From Deltaproteobacteria bacterium (GTDB lineage Bacteria; Myxococcota; Myxococcia; Myxococcales; 40CM-4-68-19), in assembly GCA_005879805.1 (NCBI GenBank), contig VBKL01000048.1, positions 1,310 through 65,309 on the forward strand: 64,000 bases of DNA. The letters run 5' to 3'. A model generated the notes under the pieces. It had not been told where the DNA came from and ran no database searches. It worked only from the letters and a program-made list of their open reading frames with translations. Below are positions 17,957-26,335 of the stretch, piece by piece (positions within the stretch are counted from its first letter, which is position 1; each line of letters opens with the position of its first letter). The position numbers and the translations under genes are program-made.

Positions 17957-19504
17957 TCAGCCTTTACGCCCGTGCTTGTCCGCAAGATGCGTCAGGTGCT
18001 GCGCCATCGCCACCACTTGTGGCTCCGACCATAAATCGGGGAGCCGCCAGGGCAGCCGCCAGGTCCAATTGTGCGGACCGACCGTGCCGGGCGTGTTGAG
18101 GCGTTCCCGCCAGCCGAGCGCATCGTTGATGGGAGTTTCGATGGCGTCCGAGCCTGCCGAATAGAGAAGCTCGAGCAGCGCCGCGTGCGTCTCGCGGGTG
18201 AAGCGGCGCGTATCGCCGCGCAGCTTGTCGAGATAGGGCTGCTTGAGCTGCTCGCGGCGCTCGTGATCGGAAAGCCCCTCCCACCAGGTGACGAGCGATT
18301 CCGTGTCGTGAGTCCCGGTCACGGCAAGCGAGGCCGGGGGGAAACGGCGGACATCGCGGGGCACGCCCTGATCGTTCTCCCAGCGCAGCACCTTGGTCCC
18401 AGGAAGGCCGTTGGCGGTGAGGGAAGCGCGTACGAAGTCGGGAACCGTGCCGAGATCCTCGGCGAGCACCTCGGCCTTCTCGCCGAAGAGAGAGAGGATC
18501 CGCTCGCCCTGCCGGCGCTGCGCCTCTTCTTCGGCAGGGACGAAGAACGCGGGCTTCAACTTGTCGATCGGTCGGGCGTAGGTGCGGTAGAGGCCCACCA
18601 CGTGATCGACGCGGAAGGCGTCGTACAACTCGGCCGCCCGGTCCGCGCGCATGTGCAGCCAGGGGTCGCCGGCCGCGCTCATCTCCTCCCAGCGCGGAAC
18701 AGGTAGACCCCAATCCTGGCCATCGGCCGAATAGGCGTCGGGAGGGACCCCGACCGTCGCGTCGAAGCGGAAGAACTTCTGCATCGCCCACACGTCGGCG
18801 GAATCCTCCGCCACCATGAAGGGCAGATCCCCGAGCAGCTTGACGCCGATGGCATTCGCCTCGCGCCGGCCCTTGCGCACCTGCTCGTCGGCAATCCACT
18901 GCATGTAGGCGAGGGAATCGATCTGAGCGCGCAGCTCGATGCGCATGCGCTCGAGCGCTTCGGGATCGCGCTCCCGCAGGGGCCGCTCCCAGTCGCGCCT
19001 GCTCTTCTGGCGCTGGTCGTGCAGGGCGCGGTAGAGGGCCCAGTCCTCGAGCCAGCTGCCATGCTCCTGGCGAAATCGTGCAAAGGCCTTGGCCCGCTGC
19101 CCCCCGAGCCGCATCTCGCCGCCTTCGAAGTGGCGGAAGGCGCGCGAAAGCGCCGAGCGCTTCACCGCACGGTACTGCCCGAAATCGACGCGGTCGGCTT
19201 GCCTCGCCGCTTCGAGGCTCTTGCGCTCGCCGTCGGTCAGCTCGCCGCCCAGGTCCTCCACCGAGTCGAGATCGATGAAGACGGGCTCGAGCGCGCAGGA
19301 GCTGGAGGCGGCATAGGGGCTGTCCTGCCCGGGCGATACCTCGTTGAGAGGCAACAGCTGCCAGAGCGTCGAGCCGGTGGAGAGCAGGAAGCGGGCGATC
19401 TCGCCTACGTCGCCGTAGTTGGCGAGGTCGCCGCGATGGCCTCGAACCGAGGAGAGAGGAAGCAGGATGCCGGCGCGCCGGCCGAGATTGAAGCGGTGTG
19501 CCAC
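17957..19504 (-). CDS. malQ: 4-alpha-glucanotransferase (GH77)
   Basis: WQLLPL, SPY, GDLPF.V..DSADVW, GVPPD.YS..GQ.WG.P, RVDH, AEDLG, GTHDT. Confidence 0.95.
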   Translation of the reverse strand: MAHRFNLGRRAGILLPLSSVRGHRGDLANYGDVGEIARFLLSTGSTLWQLLPLNEVSPGQDSPYAASSSCALEPVFIDLDSVEDLGGELTDGERKSLEAARQADRVDFGQYRAVKRSALSRAFRHFEGGEMRLGGQRAKAFARFRQEHGSWLEDWALYRALHDQRQKSRRDWERPLRERDPEALERMRIELRAQIDSLAYMQWIADEQVRKGRREANAIGVKLLGDLPFMVAEDSADVWAMQKFFRFDATVGVPPDAYSADGQDWGLPVPRWEEMSAAGDPWLHMRADRAAELYDAFRVDHVVGLYRTYARPIDKLKPAFFVPAEEEAQRRQGERILSLFGEKAEVLAEDLGTVPDFVRASLTANGLPGTKVLRWENDQGVPRDVRRFPPASLAVTGTHDTESLVTWWEGLSDHERREQLKQPYLDKLRGDTRRFTRETHAALLELLYSAGSDAIETPINDALGWRERLNTPGTVGPHNWTWRLPWRLPDLWSEPQVVAMAQHLTHLADKHGRKG

Positions 19505-19595
19505 GGCGACGCTTCATGTACGCCTTGCGGTGGACGTGCGCCAGTGATGACCGCTTCGTTGCTTCCCGCGCTACGGCTCTGATAGAGCGGCTGAC

Positions 19596-19901
19596 ATGGC
19601 GAAGAGGCAGACTACCGACCATGGCGAGATCATTCACTTCGCGGGTCGGTTGCGCCTCTTTCCGGTGGCGAAGAAGGGCGACCCCCTCACGGTGCGACTG
19701 GCGAGCCGCGAGGACGTGCAGCCGGACGAGGTGCGGGTTGGCTGGCCGGCTTGGTTCCGGCCGTTCATCGACGGCCGTCTCGTCTTCGTTTACGACGATC
19801 AGGCCGGCCGCGCGGTGACCCGCGAGCAGGCCCGGGCCGAGGCCGCCGAGGGCCCGGCGGGGCCTGCCGGCGAGGCTTCGCCACAGACGGCCGAACCGTA
19901 G
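19596..19901 (+). CDS. Hypothetical protein
   Basis: ATG-started 101-aa ORF with protein-like composition filling the malQ-rnr gap; 3' end overlaps the rnr tail. Confidence 0.55.
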   Translation: MAKRQTTDHGEIIHFAGRLRLFPVAKKGDPLTVRLASREDVQPDEVRVGWPAWFRPFIDGRLVFVYDDQAGRAVTREQARAEAAEGPAGPAGEASPQTAEP

Positions 19902-22161
19902 CCGCCTCCGGCTCCAGCCCTTCTCGACGCGGAGCCGAGGCCGGAGCGAGGGTGATCCGGCGCCGGACAGGATCCGCCGCGGCCACCCGGACTCGCAGCG
20001 TATCCCCGACTCCGTAGCTGACGCCGCTATTGCCGACGCGTAGGCGATGCAGCTCCTCGTCGAGCTCGACCGAGTCGCCGAGCTCCTCGGCGGGGATCAT
20101 TCCTTCGACGAACACCTCGGCGAGCTCGCAGTACAGGCCGCGCTCGGTCACGCCGGAGACGACGGCCTCGTACTCCTCGTCGATCTTGTCCTGCATGAAC
20201 ATCGCCGCGTAGTAGGCGTCGATGTCGCGCTCGACCTTCATCGCGGCGCGCTCGCGATCCGAGCATTGCGCCGCGACGCCCGCCAGGAACGCCTCCATCT
20301 CGGCGCGCTCCGACTCCCGCGGCGGCTGCCCGCCTCGCGCCCAGTGCTCCTTGAGGAGCCGGTGGACCATGAGATCGGGATAACGGCGAATCGGCGAGGT
20401 GAAATGAAGATAGGTCGGAGCGGCGAGCCCGAAGTGGCCGATGTTGTCCGGGCTGTACTGCGCCTGCATCATCGCGCGCAAAAGCAGCGCGTTGAGCGCC
20501 TTCTGCTGCGGCCTTCCCTCGAGCTCGTGGAGAAGCTCGTTGAGATCTGCCGCAGAGGGCTTCTCCGGCAGCTCGAATCCGTGGGTGCGGGCGAGTTGCG
20601 CGAACGCCTCGAGCTTCTCCTCGTCGGGCTGATCGTGGATCCGGTAGACCGTGGGAAGACCGCGAGCGTCGAAGAAGCGGGCCACCGCCTCGTTGGCCGC
20701 GAGCATTAGCTCCTCGACGAGGCGATGGGCGTCGTTTCGAGGGCGCTTGACAATCTCGCTCACCGTCCCGTCCTCGGCGAGCACGATCTTCGCCTCCGGC
20801 AGATCGAAGTCGATCGATCCGCGCTCGCGCCGCATCTGCGTCAGCTTCTTCGAGAGCTCGTGCGCGAGTTGCAGGTCAGGCACCAGATCGAAAAGCTCGC
20901 CGGCCGAGGAATTCTCGAGCGCCGAGGCGACCTGGGTGTAGGTCAGTCGCGCGTGGCTCCGCATCACGGCTTCGTAGATATCCGCGTGGAGCGCCCTCCC
21001 CTCGCCGTCGAGCGCCAGGTCGCAAACCATGCAGAGGCGATCGACGTCGGGGTTCAAGGAGCAGATCCCGTTCGAGAGCCGCTCCGGCAGCATGGGAAGC
21101 ACGGTGCCCGGAAAGTAGACGCTGGTCGCGCGCCGCAACCCTTCGCGGTCGAGGCCGCCGCCGGGCTTCACGTAGTGCGCGACGTCGGCGATGGCGACCA
21201 CCATCCGGTAACCAGACCCCACCCGCGAGACGAAGACGGCATCGTCGAAGTCGCGGGCATCCTCGCCGTCGATGGTGACGAGGGGCAGCCTGCGCAGGTC
21301 GCGGCGGCCCGCCGTCTCCTCGCGCAGGACGTGGTCGGGCACGCTTTCGGCTGCGAGCAAGGTGGCGCGGTCGAACTCGTCGGAGAACCCTTCCGCGTAG
21401 GCGCTAGCGAGAATCTCGAAGCGCGCATCGCCGCTCGTTCCGAGGCGCGCGATCACCTCGCCGGAAACGCCGCCCGGCTCGCGGATCAAGCGCACCTTGA
21501 CGAATTCGCCGTCCTTGGCGCGAGGATCCCGCCGCACCGGGATGGGATGGACGAAAGTCCGATCGTGCGGCTCGACCCAGATGTTCTTGGCCTGCACCCG
21601 GTAACGTCCGAGGAGAAGCTGGCGGCGCCGCTCGACGACTTCGGCCACCTCGCCGATCGTCCGGCCGTCGCGGCCCCGCGAGGTGCGCACGCGGACGACG
21701 TCGCCATCGAGCGCATCCCGGGACCGGCCCGGCGGGACGAAGACGTCATTCTCGCGTCCCCCTCCGCCGGCGAGGGGCGAGACGAATCCGTAGCCCTCCG
21801 TCTTGAGGTGCAGGGTCCCGACGAGTTCATGGCCGGGCTGCGGCGGGCCCGGCTCCGGGGTCGCGCCGGCGCGCCTTTGCGATTGCGCGACGAGGAGCGC
21901 GGCGGGCATGGTCCTGCGCCGTCCCTCCGACGGACCATCGGTCCGGGTCCTCTCCGGCGGATGTTCGACGGAAGGCTGCGGCCGGTATCGCTTGCCGTGG
22001 TAGGTCGCGGCGCCTTCGTGCACGAGCTTCTGCAGGGCGGTGCGCAGCGCCTTGCGTGCTGCAGGGCCGAGCTGGAGCTGGCCCGCGATCTGGTCGAGGG
22101 TCGCTCCGGAAGACCGCATCTCGCGCAGGGCGCGAGAGACGGCCTCGAGATCAACTTTCAT
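19765..22161 (-). CDS. rnr: Ribonuclease R
   Basis: N-terminal HTH, cold-shock domain (GYGFV), RNB domain (TIDGEDARDFDDA, HFTSPIRRYPDL), S1 domain, basic tail. Confidence 0.95.
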   Translation of the reverse strand: MKVDLEAVSRALREMRSSGATLDQIAGQLQLGPAARKALRTALQKLVHEGAATYHGKRYRPQPSVEHPPERTRTDGPSEGRRRTMPAALLVAQSQRRAGATPEPGPPQPGHELVGTLHLKTEGYGFVSPLAGGGGRENDVFVPPGRSRDALDGDVVRVRTSRGRDGRTIGEVAEVVERRRQLLLGRYRVQAKNIWVEPHDRTFVHPIPVRRDPRAKDGEFVKVRLIREPGGVSGEVIARLGTSGDARFEILASAYAEGFSDEFDRATLLAAESVPDHVLREETAGRRDLRRLPLVTIDGEDARDFDDAVFVSRVGSGYRMVVAIADVAHYVKPGGGLDREGLRRATSVYFPGTVLPMLPERLSNGICSLNPDVDRLCMVCDLALDGEGRALHADIYEAVMRSHARLTYTQVASALENSSAGELFDLVPDLQLAHELSKKLTQMRRERGSIDFDLPEAKIVLAEDGTVSEIVKRPRNDAHRLVEELMLAANEAVARFFDARGLPTVYRIHDQPDEEKLEAFAQLARTHGFELPEKPSAADLNELLHELEGRPQQKALNALLLRAMMQAQYSPDNIGHFGLAAPTYLHFTSPIRRYPDLMVHRLLKEHWARGGQPPRESERAEMEAFLAGVAAQCSDRERAAMKVERDIDAYYAAMFMQDKIDEEYEAVVSGVTERGLYCELAEVFVEGMIPAEELGDSVELDEELHRLRVGNSGVSYGVGDTLRVRVAAADPVRRRITLAPASAPRREGLEPEAATVRPSVAKPRRQAPPGPRRPRPGPARGSPRGRPDRRKRRRDGRR

Positions 22162-22169
22162 GTCTGAAC

Positions 22170-22478
22170 CTAGTTCTTCTTGTTGCTTGGGGTGGCGGCA
22201 GGGGCCGGCTTCTCGCCGCCTTCAGGGGCGGCATAGCCAGGCACGTTCTTCGCCAGAAACGAGTTGAGCGAATCGCACAGCTCCTGCGGCATGTCGGCGG
22301 CGAGCTTGTGGCGGCAGAGGACTCGCGTCGCCTTGTAGGTACGAACGAACGTGATGCAGGGGGGACAGAGGGAAAGGTGCGCTTCCAGCGCCGCGGCCTT
22401 CTCCGGCGGGAGGGAACCGTCGACGTATTCTCCGAGGAGTTCGACGCAGTCTGAACAGTGCTCGAAGAGGCTCGTCAT
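22170..22478 (-). CDS. Zinc-finger (zf-HC2) anti-sigma factor
   Basis: C....ELL..YVDG.L....AHL..CPPC (HxxxCxxC); directly downstream of an ECF sigma. Confidence 0.85.
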   Translation of the reverse strand: MTSLFEHCSDCVELLGEYVDGSLPPEKAAALEAHLSLCPPCITFVRTYKATRVLCRHKLAADMPQELCDSLNSFLAKNVPGYAAPEGGEKPAPAATPSNKKN

Positions 22479-22545
22479 CGACGTTCCATTGGTTTCAGGA
22501 TCGATGCTCCGCCGTTGCGGGCGATTCGCAGGATACCTGCATCGT

Positions 22546-23181
22546 TCACTGTCCGAAAAAATCGCCGAGCTTCTCGCGGAGCGCCAGCCTTGCGCGGTGC
22601 AGACGGCTTTTCACCGCCGGAACCGTGAGATCGAGCGCGGAAGCGATCTCCTCGTTGGAGAGCCCGTCGACGTCCTTGAGCAGGAACACGGTCCGATAAT
22701 CCTCCGGCAAGGCAGTGACCGCCTGGTCGATCGCCTGCCCCAGTTCGCGATCCATCATCTGCGTATCGGCCCTCTGGGACCAATCATTTTGTGGCTCGAG
22801 GAACCCTTCCACCGAGAATTTCGGTCCTTGGAGCTCCAACGGTTGGTCCTGCAAGGCATCGGGAGCGCGCCGCTTGCGCCGTAACCGCATCAGGGCGCTG
22901 TTCGCCGCAATGCGGTAGAGCCAGCTCGAGAACTGGGCCTCTCCCCGGAAATTGGGCAGTTTCTGGTAGGCGTTGAGGAAGGCTTCCTGGAGCACTTCCT
23001 GGGCGTCGGCCTCGCTCCCCGTCATGCGCAAGGCAAGCCGGTAGAGCTGCCGCTGGTGGCGCGCCACCAGCTCCGCGAAGGCGGCGCCGTCGCCGCGCTG
23101 GGCTCTTTCGACGAGCTCGCGGTCCTCGGGCTGTGCGCCCTGGCCCGCCGCAGCGGGCGCCTGTGCTGGCTGATCCGCCAT
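22546..23181 (-). CDS. ECF sigma-70 factor
   Basis: DRELVERAQ.GD..AFAELV, DAQEVLQEAF, FSSWLYRIA.N, region 4 VKSRLHRAR. Confidence 0.95.
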   Translation of the reverse strand: MADQPAQAPAAAGQGAQPEDRELVERAQRGDGAAFAELVARHQRQLYRLALRMTGSEADAQEVLQEAFLNAYQKLPNFRGEAQFSSWLYRIAANSALMRLRRKRRAPDALQDQPLELQGPKFSVEGFLEPQNDWSQRADTQMMDRELGQAIDQAVTALPEDYRTVFLLKDVDGLSNEEIASALDLTVPAVKSRLHRARLALREKLGDFFGQ

Positions 23182-23224
23182 CGAGGGGCCGCGACCCTAG
23201 GATACGCGCCGGATCCGGTCAAGG

Positions 23225-23539
23225 ATGCTCCGCGCCTGCGCGCTCCGCCCGTCGCAGGCAAAGCCCGCTCCTCTCCAATGCTCCGCGCCTGCGCGCTCCG
23301 CCCGTCGCAGGCAAAGCCCGCTCCTCTCCAATGCTCCGCGCCTGCGCGCTCCGCCCGTCGCAGGCAAAGCCCGCTCCTCTCCAATGCTCCGCGCCTGCGC
23401 GCTCCGCCCGTCGCGGGCAAAGCCCGCTCCTCTCCAATGCTCCGCGCCTGCGCGCTCCGCCCGTCGCGGGCAAAGCCCGCTCCTCTCCAATGCTCCGCGC
23501 CTGCGCGCTCCGCCCGTCGCGGGCAAAGCCCGCTCCTCC
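23225..23539 (+). repeat. Tandem array, 6 x 53 bp, no spacers
   Basis: Unit ATGCTCCGCGCCTGCGCGCTCCGCCCGTCGC(A/G)GGCAAAGCCCGCTCCTCTCCA starts at 23225, 23278, 23331, 23384, 23437 and 23490; the last copy is slightly short. Confidence 0.97.
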
Positions 23540-23540
23540 G

Positions 23541-24712
23541 TCATTCGGGGAAAATCTTGCCGGGATTCAGGAGATTCTCCGGATCGAACGCGTGCTTGAG
23601 CCGCCGTTGCAGCTCGATGACCGGGGCGGACTGCTCGCGGGAAAGGAACGGGCGCTTGGCGAGACCCACGCCGTGCTCCCCGGTGATGGTGCCGCCGAGG
23701 CGCAGCGCCGCGTCGAGCACCTCGATGACCGCCTCCTCTCCCTCGTGGCGCTGTTCCAACGAGTCGAAGAGCAGGTTCACGTGGAGGTTGCCGTCGCCGG
23801 CGTGCCCGTAGCACGCGGTCGGCAGACCGTGTTTCTCGCCGATGCGGCGGACCTCGCGGATGAGGTCGACGAGCTTCCCCCGCGGGACGGCCACGTCCTC
23901 GCTGATCTTGAACGGGCGGATATCGGTGAGCGCAACCGAGGTCATCCGGCGGGTCTCCCACAGCTTGCGGCGCTGCGCCTCGTCCTGCGCTGCGAGTACG
24001 TCGATCGCGCCCTGCTCCGCGCAAAGCTCGCCGCTCCGGGCGAGCTCCTCGGCCACGCCGTCGCCGTGCCCATCGAACTCCACCAGCAGCGCTCCGCCGA
24101 CTCCTTCGGGAAACTTGAACGGTGCGCGCGGCGCCACGGTCCGCATGGTCGGTCCGTCGAACAGCTCGCAAGCCCGGGGAAGCAGGCCGGCATCGAAGAT
24201 GGCCTGGACCGAGGCGGCTGCCTCGTCCTCGCTGTGGAACAGCGCGAGCATCGTCTCCACCCGGCGAGGGAGGGGGATGAGCTTGAGGGTTGCCTCGGTG
24301 ATGACGCCGAGGGTCCCTTCGCTCCCGACGAGCAGGTGCACGAGGTCGTACCCGGCAACGCCCTTCCAACTGCGGTGAGAATCACTCCGGGCTGCACGAC
24401 GCAGACCATGTCGGCGCGCGAAATCTCGACGATGCGGTCCATCTTCTCCAGGGAAAGAATGATCCCGCCCCGCTCGGCGAGCGCGCCGCCGCTCTTGCCG
24501 CTGCCGGCGCCGCGCGGCACGACCGGGATCCGCGTCTCGCGGGAGTAGCGGAGGATCTTCGCCACCTCCTCGGCGCTGCGAGCCAGGACCACCGCCTGCG
24601 GAGGGAACTTGCCGAGGCCGCTCTCGTCCTGCTCGTAGGCCGCGGCGCGCTCGCCCTGCGGGAGCACGGTCGCGCCGGGCACGAGGCGAGAAAGATCGTC
24701 GACGAGACTCAT
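23541..24712 (-). pseudogene. glcD: FAD-linked oxidase (GlcD/D-lactate dehydrogenase family) with internal deletion and frameshift near 24370
   Basis: N-part (PVVPRGAGSGKSGG...VQPGVIL) and C-part (KGVAGYDL..LLVGSEGTLG...GHAGDGNLH...GEHGVG...NPGK) are in different frames; the PDP/GGN..NAGG/KYG segment is absent. Confidence 0.8.
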
Positions 24713-25368
24713 CCGAACACCTCCACCGCGCTTCCCGTCAGGGCGAAAGGCGCCTCGCCGGCGAGGAAACGCACGACGCGGGCCACGTCCGTCGGGGTCA
24801 TCTGCGGCTCGAAAGGAGTCTTCCTCAGCATGTCCGTATCGACGCTTCCTGGCAGCACGGCGGCGCAGAAGATACCCGCCTCGCGGCCTTCCTCGGCGAG
24901 CGATTTGACGAGACCCGTGAGGCCCCACTTGCTCGCGTTGTACGCGGCCGCCTCGGCGGTCCCCAGCGTGCCGCTGATCGAGCCCATGGCGATGAGGCGG
25001 CCGCGGTTCCGGGCGAGCCCCTTCCACGCCGCGCGCGCGCAGAGGAAGGCGCCACGCAAGTTCACGCCGAGGACCCGGTCGAACTGCTCGTCGGTGAATT
25101 CCTCGATCGGGCCGCGCTCGAGGACTCCGGCGTTGAGGACCACGACGTCGGTGGGACCGAGGAGCGCCTCGACCTCGGCGAAGAATCGCCGGACCTGCTC
25201 TCCGTCGGCCACGTCGCAGCGGCGGGACAGGTCGGCGCGCGCCGAAGGAACGCTTCCCGAAGCGCACAGCGCCAGGCGCGCTCCCTCCGCGGCGAGCGCC
25301 TCCGCGCAGGCGAGACCGATGCCCCGGGAGGCCCCGGTGACGACGCAGACCTTTCCTTGCAGAGACAG
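24709..25368 (-). CDS. Short-chain dehydrogenase/reductase (probable CTG start)
   Basis: TGASRGIG Rossmann motif lies upstream of the ORF-track start; NAG and YNASK motifs present; CTG at 25368 is 6 nt after GGAGG. Confidence 0.85.
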   Translation of the reverse strand: MSLQGKVCVVTGASRGIGLACAEALAAEGARLALCASGSVPSARADLSRRCDVADGEQVRRFFAEVEALLGPTDVVVLNAGVLERGPIEEFTDEQFDRVLGVNLRGAFLCARAAWKGLARNRGRLIAMGSISGTLGTAEAAAYNASKWGLTGLVKSLAEEGREAGIFCAAVLPGSVDTDMLRKTPFEPQMTPTDVARVVRFLAGEAPFALTGSAVEVFG

Positions 25369-25369
25369 G

Positions 25370-25957
25370 TCAACCCTCCGCGCGCCGGGCGAGGCTCGCG
25401 CGAAGCTCGGCGTCGCGCTCGAACGCTCCCGCCCACGCTTCCACCGTCACGCGACTCTGCGGACGCTTCGGACCGCGAACCTGCATGCACCCGTGCTCGG
25501 CGGCCATGACCACCCCGGCACCGAGGGGAGCGAGCGCCTCCATCACGGACCCGCAGATGCGGTGCGCGAGGTTCTCCTGGAGGATGAGACGGTGGGCGAG
25601 CGCGTCCATCGCCTCGGCGATCTTTCCGAACCCAACCAGGTTGCGATCCGCCACGTACCCGACCGCGGCCACGCCCTTGTAGGGAAGGAGATGGTGCGGG
25701 CACATGGCGTGGAAATCGAGCTGCGAGACGATGACCAGCTCGCCCTTCTTGGGAGCCGGAACGAGCGAGCTCTCGAGGATGGCGACCGGATCCTTCCCGT
25801 AGCCGTCGAGCAGATCCTCGATCCACGCCTTGCTGACGCGTTCGGGAGTCCCGCGCGTCTCCGCGTCCAGCTCCGCGCCCGAGGCGAGCAGCAGGTCGGC
25901 GATGGCCTTGGCGACGCCTTCGCGATCCGCGGCCCGCGCCGGCCGGTCGGGGAGCAT
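25370..25957 (-). CDS. folE: GTP cyclohydrolase I (divergent FolE)
   Basis: TPERV, MCPHHLLPY.G, GFGKI, R..LQE, AEHGCM..RG; TGATG overlap with queD. Confidence 0.85.
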   Translation of the reverse strand: MLPDRPARAADREGVAKAIADLLLASGAELDAETRGTPERVSKAWIEDLLDGYGKDPVAILESSLVPAPKKGELVIVSQLDFHAMCPHHLLPYKGVAAVGYVADRNLVGFGKIAEAMDALAHRLILQENLAHRICGSVMEALAPLGAGVVMAAEHGCMQVRGPKRPQSRVTVEAWAGAFERDAELRASLARRAEG

Positions 25958-26319
25958 CAGCGGAAGCCCTCGGGGCCCCTGTAGCCGACCGAGAAGCCGG
26001 GGATCTCCCAGATGCGCACCTCGTAGAGACCGGGAAGCTTGCCGGTGAGCCGCGACCAGCACCAGGCGGCGACGTTCTCGGCGGTGGGGTTCTCGATGAA
26101 GTCGTTCAGGTTGGCATGGTCCGCTTTGGCGAGGATGCCTTCCTTGACCGCTTTCTCGACGTCTCCCAGGTCGACGAAGATGCCCGAGTATCCGTCGGGC
26201 TCGCCGCGCAAGGTGACTTCCAGCTTGTAGTTGTGTCCGTGCAGGTTGACGCACTTGCCCTGGTAACGCGGCAGCCGGTGGGCGGCGGCAAAGGTGAATT
26301 CGGCTCGGATCTCGTGCAT
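25957..26319 (-). CDS. queD: 6-carboxytetrahydropterin synthase / PTPS family
   Basis: F.AAHRL, CVNLHGHNY, DH..LN...ENPTAEN, V..WE. Confidence 0.9.
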   Translation of the reverse strand: MHEIRAEFTFAAAHRLPRYQGKCVNLHGHNYKLEVTLRGEPDGYSGIFVDLGDVEKAVKEGILAKADHANLNDFIENPTAENVAAWCWSRLTGKLPGLYEVRIWEIPGFSVGYRGPEGFR

Positions 26320-26335
26320 CGGGACGCTCCCCGCG

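Noticed and set aside
23225-23539. CRISPR array
   Set aside because: Units are contiguous and near-identical with no unique spacers, and there are no cas genes in the window.
23022-24548. ORFs running through the 53-bp array (e.g. 23133..24548, 23056..23811, 23225..23599)
   Set aside because: They are translations of a stop-free repeat and overlap real genes on the opposite strand.
25957-26319. 7-deazaguanine DNA-modification (dpd) or complete queuosine locus
   Set aside because: queD and folE are present, but no queC, queE, queF, tgt or dpdA occurs in the window.
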